Positions 34,826 to 42,310 of a stretch of DNA of 49,910 nt are shown one piece after another; position 1 is the stretch's first letter; each line of letters begins with the position of its first letter. The notes under the pieces are model-generated. The model had not been told where the DNA came from, did no database searches, and saw only the letters and a list, made by a program, of their open reading frames with translations. Source of the stretch: Octopus bimaculoides (Eukaryota); NCBI RefSeq assembly GCF_001194135.2, contig NC_068984.1, positions 57,682,334-57,732,243 on the forward strand, given 5' to 3'. The translations under genes and the position numbers were made by a program.

Positions 34826-37641
34826 GTAATAATAATAGCAACAACATCGAAAAATACCTTATGAATGAGAACCCAGATTCGAAACTTCCCCAAGACACCT
34901 GATGAAGGCTGGAGGGTATAACAGCCGAAATGTTGTGTTAACAACAAACAAGATGAGGACAACTATCCGTCAAGTGTAAATAATGTAAATAATATCCACT
35001 TGAAGTCCCTAAATCCAGGGTAAGAGAGATTTGTCCGTAGGTTTTGATGGCGGAGTGATTCACCGTGTAGAGAGAGATGGTAGAAGTATAAACCTTCGAA
35101 GCCAAATGCTTAAGCTGGCACCATAAACGACTTTGAAGAAATAGCATCTCGTATAAAAAATGCACGGTGAGGTGAATCCAATGGGGAGACAACTGTCTTT
35201 CCCAGCGCCTCCCTGCCTAGTTTCCCTGAGAAGTGTAACAGCAGGGCTGTGTACACTTTTCAGCCTGATCCTTGAATTTCCTGTGGTACCAGCAAATTGA
35301 TGGAGCCAGTGGCGCGCGTCCGCCCGAGAAAGAACGAAGTCCGGTTCTCCCTGCAGAATGATTCCGTGAAAACGAACGGTCTCTGCACAAGCATGCGACT
35401 TGACGGGGGATTTCGGGGGATTGCATGTCGTCCAGAGTAGAAGAAGTACAAGCTCGAAAGGAGGACGAAAAAGCGCATTGAGGCAAAGGAAAATGATTCA
35501 TCTTGACGATAATACGAAACGGAACGCCACAAAGAACAAGCTGGCTGAAAGAAACGCCGTTAGAAATAGCAGTCAACCAGCCTAGTTGAAAGAAGACACG
35601 ACAATCAGCGAACTAGGAATTTCTTTTTTCTTTCAGTAGCATAGGATGAAATAGAAGTCCTTGCTAACAGATAAAGAACAAAACATGGCCAACACATGGA
35701 TAATCCAAGTGGCTGAGAGAAAGAAACTCATACCTGGCACGTAGTAAAATTGTTGTCCGTGTGGATTTTGGAGAAACTTCCGGATAATTTTTTTTCTACA
35801 TACAAGAAAAAAAAATTCCCCTGGGAAGCTGTGTCTTCGAAGGTCCAAGTTGTAAATTCATTTACAACACGATGCAAAATGGTGTGCAGTTTCCCGCCAA
35901 AATTTCCTGGTGAAGAAGACAATGTGGCGACGAGAGAGATCAGTGGTATGTTCCTATAGGATGAATGGCAGTCTCGTCGTGTAGGCGAAGTCACGAAGGG
36001 GAAAAAAGGAATACGTATCCACTGGTCAGAATTCATCCGGGGTTCACCATTTTAGATAGTCGGGTCACCATTTTAGATGGTGTGGTGATCTGTTTATATC
36101 ATGGTTGTGGAATCATCTAAATATGACTCTTCAGAAGGCTGTAATATCTTTTGACAAGAACACGGTATAAAGAAATACATGGAACAAGGCGGTAACTTTA
36201 GATACCTTTAATGTGGCCACACGGTATATATACAAGCTGAATGATAAATGGAAATGGTTTGATGCGTGGAGGCCATGATCTTCTCCTATGCGTTGCCTCC
36301 TGTCTGCTAGCTGGCGTGTAGTGTGAGAGAGTCAACTAGATCACGTCTTTGCTCTACGACGTCAAGATACCAAAAGAGAAAGAGGTGAGTGTCTGAACCT
36401 TAATGTTGCATATGCCCTCTATTGTCCAGCTTATTGGGCAGCTGCCGTCAGGGGAGGTATCTGTGCCTACACACTGTTATAAGAATCATAGAAATAAAAT
36501 TGCAAAATCCGATTTTGATTTTATTTTAAATCTAAAATCTTTACTTCTTCGTTTTCTTAACCAAACTTTAATTTTTATTTTTACTCCCGTCTCACTTTGA
36601 CGGTGAAATTTGTTTTTCCTGTAGTTCTTTTTTTTCTTTTCTTTTTTTTTCGCACGAATCAAACCATCAAAACCTTCGGAAATCACTCGTTCTTTATATG
36701 AACAATACTTTCGAAGTGAGATGAATTTGATGGAAAAAATTACCGGGAAGTGACCCCACATCAGACTAGCGTCTAGACCTGTATTACAAATCAATATAAA
36801 AGCTATAGAAAAAAGAATTGAACAATACAGATTTACTATTACACTCGTCTCCCTTTGAAGATGAAATTTATGCTTTTTCTGTTATATTTTTGATGAGCTT
36901 TGAACTAATCTAATTATTAGAACCGTCGGAAATACAGTTATCGTTTCATTAGTTGAACAGTCAGACATAAGAATGTTTATGTGGCTGCCAACATACGTAC
37001 AAATATTAACACAAGCAAGAAGGAAAAGTTTGTTTTGTTTTGTTTTTTGCTGTTTTTTTTTTCTTTTGTAGGGGAGGGTCTTGGATAAAAAGTAAGTTGA
37101 TAAGTGAAATACTGAATGAAGTGCACAAAACCTTTTCAATCAAGTGTAACTTCCTTCTTAGATGAAGAATAATGGGATGAATAACATACATAAAAGGTCT
37201 CTTTTTAAATAGTACGGGTAAAAGCAAAATCTAGCAGCATTTGTTGACAACTTTCAAAGAAAAAGAGAAATAGACTTAAGAAATTAAAATTTCATAAAAT
37301 CACGTTATCTTCCAATTAATATATTTACATGCTTCTCTGACTGTATAATGAAATAGTTAATCATATTTTCCCTCCTGTTTCAGGTACACAATCAAATACG
37401 AAGTGCGTGCAAACGACTGAACTCACCAGTGTGTCAAGTCGAACGCAATTACTTTACATCAACACAGCTCACACTGATAAATAATCGGCCCCCATTGTTG
37501 CGAAATGGCAATACAATTGAGTTATTAAACAAAAATAAATTGGAAAGATGCACCAAGGAAATTACCTACATCCCTATACATAAACAGAAAGATCAGACAT
37601 GCAACGACAACTGTAAAAATAGTAGCATGTTTAATACTTAG
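1951..37641 (+). CDS. Class B1 (secretin-family) GPCR, calcitonin/CGRP-receptor-like; 5'-partial, 9 coding exons (TM1 to stop)
   Basis: Manual splicing of nine AG/GT(GC)-bounded exons with compatible phases gives one open frame: [267 protein letters not shown]...SMFNT*. Class B motifs present: RIxLH, TM3 Cys, NYFxMxxEG, WGxP, ECL2 CW, PLLG, QG, CFFNxEV. Extracellular-domain exons were not found in 1-1950 and presumably lie upstream. Confidence 0.95.
2185..2460 (+). mobile_element. Decayed non-LTR (RTE-like) RT C-terminal fragment
   Basis: [11 protein letters not shown]...[17 protein letters not shown]... then (frameshift) FLPTLTYG..W resembles the LINE motif VxxFxYLG..RIxxA..PxLxYGxExW. Confidence 0.65.
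2461..2630. repeat. (GACA)/(GA)-rich low-complexity tract
   Basis: Directly visible. Confidence 0.8.
4019..4169 (+). CDS. GPCR exon, ICL1-TM2-ECL1
   Basis: ttcgcAG|G CTT CTG AGG ATG CAG CAT CGA ... ACA|GTaagc; 151 nt; encodes RIRLH. Confidence 0.95.
4330..4900 (-). mobile_element. Decayed Tigger/pogo-type (DDE_1) transposase fragment
   Basis: Minus-strand peptides [24 protein letters not shown] and [19 protein letters not shown] resemble RxTxLLCxNAxG..KL, LxLDNASGH and FLPxNTTSxLQPxDQGII. Many stops. Confidence 0.5.
5568..5861 (-). mobile_element. tRNA-derived SINE family A (internal microsatellite); head lost in gap
   Basis: Near-identical to 31010-31426 and to the reverse complement of 9020-9241 (cagtcatttgactgcggccatgctggagcacc...). 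Confidence 0.9.
6525..6675 (+). CDS. GPCR exon, TM3-ICL2-start of TM4
   Basis: tttttcatttttAG|GTT GGT TGC ... TGG G|GTaagt; 151 nt; [12 protein letters not shown]. Confidence 0.95.
6795..7040 (-). mobile_element. SINE family A, diverged 3' half
   Basis: Homologous to 5575-5790, with indels. Confidence 0.8.
7933..8202 (-). mobile_element. Possible pogo-type transposase N-terminal remnant
   Basis: [14 protein letters not shown] resembles pogo/Brinker-type DNA-binding N-termini; downstream similarity is weak. Confidence 0.3.
9020..9241 (+). mobile_element. SINE family A 3' half
   Basis: Reverse complement of 5568-5790; ends in ...aaaagagtaaaagag. Confidence 0.9.
9715..9948 (+). mobile_element. 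SINE/LINE-tail family D ending in (GAT)n
   Basis: tggttggtgttaagaaggggatccagctgtaaaa...catgctagcatggaagacggacgttaaacgatgatgatga; a related reversed copy lies at 48815-48990. Confidence 0.55.
9978..10222 (-). mobile_element. (TA)n plus SINE family A tRNA-like head
   Basis: 10058-10222 matches 31262-31426; (TA)n at 9978-10056. Confidence 0.8.
11409..11469 (+). CDS. GPCR exon, TM4-ECL2 ([20 protein letters not shown])
   Basis: ttttgtAG|GT TTT CCT ... GAA AG|GTatta; 61 nt, phase 1 to 2. Confidence 0.93.
11935..12345 (+). mobile_element. Highly decayed PLE RT thumb/linker fragment (Nematis-like)
   Basis: Peptides [35 protein letters not shown] and KFRKLF echo TLxLxxxxYxPYRK, YIxxxSNHP, IIWFNPPF, LIDKHFP and LHKIFN. 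Confidence 0.45.
13547..13613 (+). CDS. GPCR exon, ECL2-TM5 ([23 protein letters not shown])
   Basis: aagcAG|A TGC TGG ... CTT GTT|GTaagt; 67 nt. Confidence 0.95.
13650..13742. repeat. (GTT)n/(GGT)n compound trinucleotide tract
   Basis: Directly visible. Confidence 0.85.
14090..14400 (-). mobile_element. Possible decayed Tc1/mariner transposase C-terminus
   Basis: [11 protein letters not shown] and [17 protein letters not shown] loosely match PDLNPLDYxxW and xxxLKxAIxxAW. Confidence 0.3.
16218..16300 (+). CDS. GPCR exon, TM5-ICL3 ([28 protein letters not shown])
   Basis: ctattttAG|GGG AAC GTC ... TAT AG|GTaagt; 83 nt. Confidence 0.95.
16430..16540 (+). mobile_element. tRNA-derived SINE family B, 5'-truncated
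   Basis: ttccgccgaggtcgactttgcctttcatcct...aagtaccag...ggggttgatgtaatcgact is shared with 24054-24478. Confidence 0.8.
17543..17805. mobile_element. MITE-like foldback element with about 80-bp imperfect terminal inverted repeats
   Basis: 17557-17640 (tattatagatccatttcagtcgattttat...ataacagcac) is the imperfect reverse complement of about 17715-17802 (gtgctgttata...aaaatcgactgaaatgcatctataata). No TSD established. Confidence 0.7.
19365..19615. repeat. (TG)n/(CG) and (TATG)n microsatellites
   Basis: Directly visible beside the gap. Confidence 0.9.
20040..20362. repeat. (TG/TA)-rich degenerate tract followed by (GA)n
   Basis: Directly visible; 10-N gap inside the (GA)n. Confidence 0.9.
21311..21458 (+). 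mobile_element. SINE family B, internally deleted
   Basis: gcgagctggcagaatcgttagc...gagttcaaattccgccgaggtc head with a box B-like motif. Confidence 0.85.
21470..23060 (+). mobile_element. Decayed PLE (RT + Cys linker + C-terminal GIY-YIG EN), Nematis-like
   Basis: In order: [15 protein letters not shown] (motif B'), [10 protein letters not shown] (motif C), [71 protein letters not shown]. Frameshifts and stops throughout. Confidence 0.85.
23258..23447 (+). mobile_element. SINE family B, 5'-truncated
   Basis: Matches 24098-24288, including the ...caataaagaaata end. Confidence 0.9.
23680..23840 (-). mobile_element. SINE family B, diverged antisense copy
   Basis: gaccccgaaaggatgaaaggcaaa is the reverse complement of the family B core. 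Confidence 0.7.
24054..24478 (+). mobile_element. Two tandem SINE family B copies (24054-24288 full length; 24289-24478 with a different tail)
   Basis: tRNA-like head ggcgagctggcagaa...gagttcaaattcc; repeated core sequence. Confidence 0.9.
24699..24819 (+). CDS. GPCR exon, TM6-ECL3-TM7, with a GC donor
   Basis: cattccAG|A CGA ACT CTG AAA GCT ... TCT CAA|GCaagt; 121 nt; PLLG motif; in frame with the next exon (Q|GG). Confidence 0.92.
25231..26042. mobile_element. MITE/non-autonomous DNA element with about 107-bp TIRs and an internal telomere-like tract
   Basis: 25231-25339 is the near-perfect reverse complement of 25936-26042 (one 2-bp indel, one substitution); interior partly in a gap. Confidence 0.85.
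25381..25437 (+). repeat. Degenerate TTAGGG-like tract (interstitial)
   Basis: tttaggg tttaggg ttaggg ttgggg ttgggg, running into the gap. Confidence 0.75.
26051..26240 (-). mobile_element. SINE family B, antisense copy
   Basis: Reverse complement reads ggcgagcaggc...gttctgagttcatattccgcc...taccagttgagtactgg...aaaatttcaggcctt. Confidence 0.8.
26410..26712 (+). mobile_element. tRNA-derived SINE family C
   Basis: Box A-like ttagtgattagagt and box B gagttcgattccc, then gttgtgtccttgagcgaaacacttt...cagtccactcagctgg, shared with the reverse strand of 42150-42310. Confidence 0.7.
27246..27287 (+). CDS. GPCR 42-nt exon, end of TM7 ([14 protein letters not shown])
   Basis: ttttatttcAG|GGA GGA ... 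AGC GAG|GTaagg; matches the short ...CFxNxE| exon typical of class B1 genes. Confidence 0.95.
27985..29138 (+). mobile_element. 5'-truncated PLE, Neptune-like (RT C-half + Cys linker + GIY-YIG)
   Basis: [40 protein letters not shown] linker, [51 protein letters not shown]. Frameshifted. A pyrimidine-rich 3' flank runs into the gap. Confidence 0.9.
31010..31426 (-). mobile_element. Full-length SINE family A: tRNA-like head, body, internal (TA)n, 3' body
   Basis: The minus strand begins aggcgcaggagtggctgtgtggtaagaag (box A TGGCTGTGTGG) ... ggttcagtccc (box B); (TA)n at about 31215-31262. Confidence 0.9.
31478..31752 (-). repeat. Gypsy 3' LTR (internally deleted)
   Basis: About 94% identical by eye to 36071-36471 over the shared part; begins TGT on the minus strand right after the PPT. 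Confidence 0.9.
34457..34532. repeat. 4 x 19-bp tandem repeat (GGCCATGTGTAAAGGTGAT) inside the Gypsy RT
   Basis: Four exact copies counted. Confidence 0.97.
34661..34993 (+). mobile_element. tRNA-head + (AAC/AAT)n + hammerhead module (solo PLE pLTR or PLE-dependent SINE), nested in the Gypsy
   Basis: Box A TGGCGTAGTGG, box B GAGTTCGATTCC, microsatellite at 34745-34842; tail homologous to the reverse strand of 37717-37860. Confidence 0.85.
34894..34939 (+). ncRNA. Minimal type I hammerhead ribozyme motif
   Basis: GACAC-CTGATGA-A-GGCTG[gagggtataa]CAGCC-GAA-ATGT-T-GTGTT. Core intact, 5-bp stem II, stem I GACAC/GTGTT, loopless stem III (ACGT changed to ATGT in this copy). Activity untested. Confidence 0.75.
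36071..36471 (-). repeat. Gypsy 5' LTR
   Basis: Direct repeat of 31478-31752 with an extra segment of about 127 bp; followed on the minus strand by the PBS-like TGGTGACCCG. Confidence 0.9.
37384..37641 (+). CDS. GPCR final coding exon (helix 8 and C-tail, [11 protein letters not shown]...FNT*)
   Basis: cctcctgtttcAG|GTA CAC AAT CAA; E|V junction typical of class B1; open to TAG. Confidence 0.92.
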   Translation, partial: VHNQIRSACKRLNSPVCQVERNYFTSTQLTLINNRPPLLRNGNTIELLNKNKLERCTKEITYIPIHKQKDQTCNDNCKNSSMFNT

Positions 37642-37691
37642 TGATAACGACTGTCACATATTCGCTTGAGGGGAAATAACCAGAAAGCTAC

Positions 37692-37697
37692 AATAAA
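37692..37697 (+). terminator. Candidate polyadenylation signal AATAAA for the GPCR
   Basis: 50 nt after the stop codon; position only, no transcript data. Confidence 0.35.
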
Positions 37698-37716
37698 TCA
37701 AAAATATATTTCCCCC

Positions 37717-37957
37717 ACATTATTTACATTTGACGGATATTTGTCCTCATTTTGTTTATTGTTAATACAACGTTTCGGCTGATATACCCTCCAGCCTTCA
37801 TCAGGTGTCTTGGGGAAATTTCTAACCTGGGTTCTCATTTCTAAGGTATTTTTCGATATTATTATTATTATTAATATTCAGGTCACTTCCTGGAATCGAA
37901 TTCAGAATCTTGGGTTAGTAGCCCTCGCTCGTAACAGCTACGCCATATGCCCGTGGG
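37717..37957 (-). mobile_element. tRNA-head + (AAT)n + hammerhead module directly after the PLE ORF stop
   Basis: Minus strand: cccacgggcatatggcgtagc...gaattcgattccagg...aataataata...cctgatgaaggctg...cagccgaaacgtt; starts about 25 nt after the ORF stop at 37982. Confidence 0.85.
37764..37809 (-). ncRNA. Minimal type I hammerhead ribozyme motif
   Basis: GACAC-CTGATGA-A-GGCTG[gagggtatat]CAGCC-GAA-ACGT-T-GTATT. Core intact, palindromic ACGT stem III, one stem I mismatch. Confidence 0.75.
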
Positions 37958-40900
37958 TTATTATAGAGTGAATTTTAGGGCTTATAAATCTAATATTTTC
38001 CTATCCTTCTTTAATACTGGTTTCCATATGCTAATCATATCTGCACTCGGTCTGCTAAGGACGTTGTTGTGTCCTAGCATATGTGCTGCTTCTTTTAGTT
38101 TTCGTATTTCCCAGTGGTGTTCTCTGTCTATTATTTTAACTTCATCCCACAGGGGGAGGTGGTCTCCATTTTTCCATNNNNNNNNNNGTATTTCCCAGTG
38201 GTGTTCTCTGTCTATTATTTTAACTTCATCCCACAGGGGGAGGTGGTCTCCATTTTTCCATACATGATCAGCTATACCCAATTTATCAATATCTCCTCAT
38301 GTCACAACTTTACGATGTTCCTCTACCCTTATTTTGAGAGAGCGACATGTTTCGCCTTTGTATAACCTACCACAGCTGCATAGGATGGAGTACAAAGAGT
38401 TTTTGATCATATTCTCTTCTATTGGTGGTTTTACTCGAAGGAGATATTTGCGAAGTGTTGTATTACTCTTGAATACCATCCCGATGTCATATGGGGCGCA
38501 TATCTTTTGTATCTTTTCGGAGAGACCTTTCACATAGGGTAGACAGACTGTGGGCAGTTTATTGGTTTCATCCCCTCTTTTCTTCATAATTGGAGTGGAT
38601 AGTATGTTTGGGGGGTAGTTGTTGCTTAATAGATTGTTACTGAGCTTGATCAATTCTTCGTGGTGTGTATTACGATCGCTACTTATATTCTTTGCTCGAT
38701 GTTTTAAGCACTGAGCAATCCCTCTCTTTACACTGTATGGATGGTGGGAATTGAAATTGAGGTATCGTCCAGTGAAGATCGGCTTGCAGTATACGGATGT
38801 CCTGAATCCATACTTGGTGTTATTAATACGTCCAGGAATGCTAGCTGATTGTCTTTTTCCATTTCCATTTTGAACTGTATGGATGGCATTATTGAGTTCA
38901 CATGATCTAACAGCACTTGGACATCTTCCTGGTGGAGCCAGAGTATAAAGGTGTCATCAACATATTGCAGCCATTGGGTTGGTTTTAGTGGCGTTGATCC
39001 TAAAGCCAAATTCTCAAAGTATTCCATGTATATATTGGCTATTGTCGACGATAATTGTGAACCCATAGGTAAACTCTCCTCTTGTTGATATATATCAGTG
39101 TCCATGCTGAAGTAGGTAGTTTCTACACAGAAGGTCAACATTTCCATCAAGTTTCTTATTGGTATACTAGTGCGTCCTTTTAGATGGGTGTCTGTCACTA
39201 GTTTCTCTTGAATCACTGATAGTGCTTCACCAGTTGGGACTATAGGAAAGTGGGTTATACATCATTAGATGTACGCCACTTTCCTATATAAAACTAAGAA
39301 TATAACGGAACGCTGAACTCCAGACTATCAACTTAAACAACATTTATTCATGTGGTAAATATATACATCTTTAGCTCTTGTTTGTTGTTACAGCTTCTGT
39401 GTGTGTGAGCATTGTTGTTGGGACGTTGGTATGTAGATGTAAGCGAGCTGTCGAGCGTAAGTTCGAAAGATGAAGAGAGACAGCTAAACACGTCCATGCT
39501 CAATCGCTGGCCAGCAAGAAAGAGACAGAATGAAGCGGGAAAGCTTGCTTGTTGAATTCCACGCATGCGTGAGACTACGTATGCGCACGGCGTTACTACA
39601 GGACTTTGGTGAACAGATTTATCACATCTAGACTCACCATCTGGTTGGATTCAATGGGAGTATCCTTGATAAACTCTGTGGAGCGGATGGAATTCTTCAC
39701 GAACGATGTTGACTTTCCTGCTAATGGACTGATTATATCCACAAGGAAGCGGCTCAGTGGATGACATGCTGAACCTCTACAGCCTACTATAGGTCTTAAT
39801 TGAAAACCATCCTTGTGAATCTTAGGGAGACCGTACATGTGTGGTAGTTTACTGTAGTGTTGAGTCAGTTGTCTGTACTTCATTGGTGTAAAGTGATCCT
39901 TGTTCTGGATCAAGATCTGTGACAACTTCCTCTTTGTTTTCAGAGTTGGGTCTTTCTTTTCTTTGCTGTAGCTACCATTACTTATAAGACTTGCCAATTT
40001 TTCAGAGTAGTCAGACTTGTTCATCACCACTGTAGCATTTCCCCTGGAAGTATTGTAATGGAATTGTTACTCTGTAGTCTTTTGATAACGAATGTTTCTT
40101 CCTAAGTGATGTTTGGTTTGAGAAGTTTCGCTTTTTCTAGTACCTGTCTCACCTTAGTTCATCTCCCTGAGCTTTTGGTATCTTTACGGCTATCTCTTCA
40201 ATAGGGCCTGTTATGTCCAAGTATGGAATGCGCTTGATGGTTGTCGCAAAGTTGAGACCTGTGTTTAGTACTGCTTCTTCAGAGCTCTCTAGATGCCGGC
40301 TACTTACATTAATTACTGCTTTCACAGGTGGGTGACGGACTTCAGTCTTCATTCTCTGACCTTTGAGTTTCATAAACTTCTTAATCTGGCATGTTTTCAC
40401 CATTTCAGATTCTTTCATGTACGACTTTTCTAGATCTTATTAGATTCTCTTTCTATCATCATCTCTGGTTATTTTCCTAAGTAATGAAGATAACATCTCT
40501 TTGATTTCGTTATTTAGTTGATGCTTTTTCCAACGGTTTTAATGGATCCTTTCACGGACGAGGGCATGTCCTGCCCTTTCCGCTACTCTTCTAGCTTTAT
40601 ATGAATTCACTGGTGTATTTATATTCAAGCCAGGTGGTATTAGTTTTGAATCTCTACGTCTATACAGGAAAGTTAGATGGTTTGAAAGACGGGCTAGTTT
40701 TTCATAGAGTTTCTCTATATATCTCCATTGAGGTCTAATGTCGGCTCCGTACCGATTAGATAATATAGTTCTATATTTAAGATTAGATAATACAGTTCTA
40801 TATTTAAGAGATGACTGAATTTTAGTGTTTATAAGTCTAATATTTTCCTATCCTTCCTTAAGACCGGTTTCCATATGCTCTTCATATCTGCACTGTCTGC

Positions 40901-40974
40901 TTAGGACGTTGTTGTGGCCTAGCATATGTGCTGCTTCTTTTAGTTTTCGTATTTTCCAGTGTTGTTGCTGTTGT

Positions 40975-41045
40975 TGTTAACAACAAATCCGTGAAATGTA
41001 AATAAAGTACATAATTCCTCATCTCTTAAATATAGAACTGTATAT
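40975..41045 (+). mobile_element. Inverted partial pLTR copy at the PLE 5' junction
   Basis: tccgtgaaatgtaaataaagtacataattcctcatctcttaaatatagaactgtat joins the module tail (cf. 34967-34990) to tcatctcttaaatatagaactgtat, which also lies on the minus strand at 40814-40790, leading into the ORF. Confidence 0.8.
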
Positions 41046-42149
41046 TTCCCCTTCTTTAATGGACATACTATATATGGTTGTAGCCTGGAAACAAGAGTTG
41101 GGTTAAACAGGAAAAAGACATGTCTGAATAGATTTATAAAGAAATTAATTATAATAAACAACATACATAGTACACAATAAAAAGGAACGTAATTTACTAA
41201 AATTGGAAGGAAATTGAGAAAACAAAGCAAAAAAATATCAAGAATCAACTGATCCTTCACTGAGATGGCGTGCCTTACTCAAGTACCAGGTGATGCCCAG
41301 GAGGACACCTTTTCCAAGAAAAACACATTTTTCGACTCTCTTTTTGATTAATCTGATCAATGATCAAGGTGTTACTTACTTTCTTTGCTTGCCAAATTTT
41401 CTGGAGATTGGGTTGACATCAACGGCTTACGTAACCCACAGAATCAGCGCTAATGTGTGTGTAGGGTTGATGTGTAGTTGAGATAAACGTTTTGATTTCG
41501 GAGGTCTTTGTGCATGTCGCTTTGGCCGCCACAACAAGACAAACCTAATCGTTAAATGAATCTAGTGATGGGTAATGGGAAGAGGTCTGATGCATTTACT
41601 CTTTGTCCTTGAACTAGAGACAGATGCTTTGTGTAGGACGCCGCCATTAGCACCTTGTTTGCTCCAACACAAATCCTTAATGTTACAGCAGAAGTGAGGG
41701 AAGGCGTCATTTCATCCATAACTAAACATAAGAAGGCACTGAAAAATGTAATCTGTTGGTAAATTACATTTTTCAACCTGGGACTTTTGAGACGATGAGT
41801 GGGGTGCTGAACCACTGACAATGGAAGTTTTGACTCCTGAAAAGTTTTAATTGTCGTTTAAAGTTATTTGACAAAAAGATAAAAATCAAACAAGATTCTA
41901 AAAAGTGATGACAATACTGCAAGAGATACACAAAGAGAAATTAATGGTAAGGTTAAGTAAAAACATACAACTTCAGTAACAGAAAGATTAGAAAGGATTA
42001 AGTTTGATAGAGTATTCGAAAACTTGAATTAAGCTTACTGTAAGCTTATTGTTAAATTAGTGATAATGAGCATACGGTTAGATTTAATAGAAATCTTCAA
42101 GTCCCACAGAAAAGCTAGAGTTGTAGATGCTAAAAACGGGATAAAAAGT

Positions 42150-42310
42150 CCTTTCTGAGCCATAGGCTCATAAGGCTGGTTTTCCGGATTCTGTGAAGTA
42201 TATATTCATCCCTGAGTGAAATGCTGGTCCGTCGCAGGATTACTCATTTTTTCCATCTGAGTGGACTGAGGTAACATGAGATGAAGTGTTTTGCTCAAAA
42301 ACACAACGCA
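42150..42310 (-). mobile_element. SINE related to family C, antisense
   Basis: Reverse strand gttgtgtttttgagcaaaacacttcatctcatgttacctcagtccactcagatgg resembles 26470-26525. Confidence 0.6.

Larger units (their letters stand above)
31478..36471 (-). mobile_element. Ty3/Gypsy LTR retrotransposon, degenerate, antisense in the last GPCR intron
   Basis: Two LTRs (31478-31752, 36071-36471), PBS-like TGGTGACCCG (36070-36061), PPT AAGAGGGGGCTC (31764-31753). Minus-strand peptides: Gag [15 protein letters not shown]; protease remnant [14 protein letters not shown]; [44 protein letters not shown]; RNase [31 protein letters not shown]; integrase [38 protein letters not shown]. Confidence 0.95.
37717..40962 (-). 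mobile_element. Near full-length Poseidon/Penelope-type PLE with pseudo-LTRs, degenerate
   Basis: Minus strand: N-terminus RYGADIR..KLARLSNHLTFL..IPPGL; RT VINVS, GLNFA, MVVMNKSDY, PHMYGLPKIHK..LRPIV, SLDVINLFT, LPMGSQLS..IANIYME, WLQYVDDTF, QLAFLDV; EN LYSILCSCGRLYKGETCRSLKIRVEEH..RKLKEAAHM. The 3' end (37967-38114) is directly repeated at 40815-40962. Confidence 0.93.

Noticed and set aside
31473-36475. Target-site duplication for the Gypsy (caca / cact)
   Set aside because: Imperfect, and dependent on an uncertain LTR boundary; not claimed.
38104-38261. 74-bp exact direct repeat inside the PLE endonuclease
   Set aside because: The two copies flank a 10-N gap, the pattern of an unmerged contig overlap; treated as an assembly artefact.
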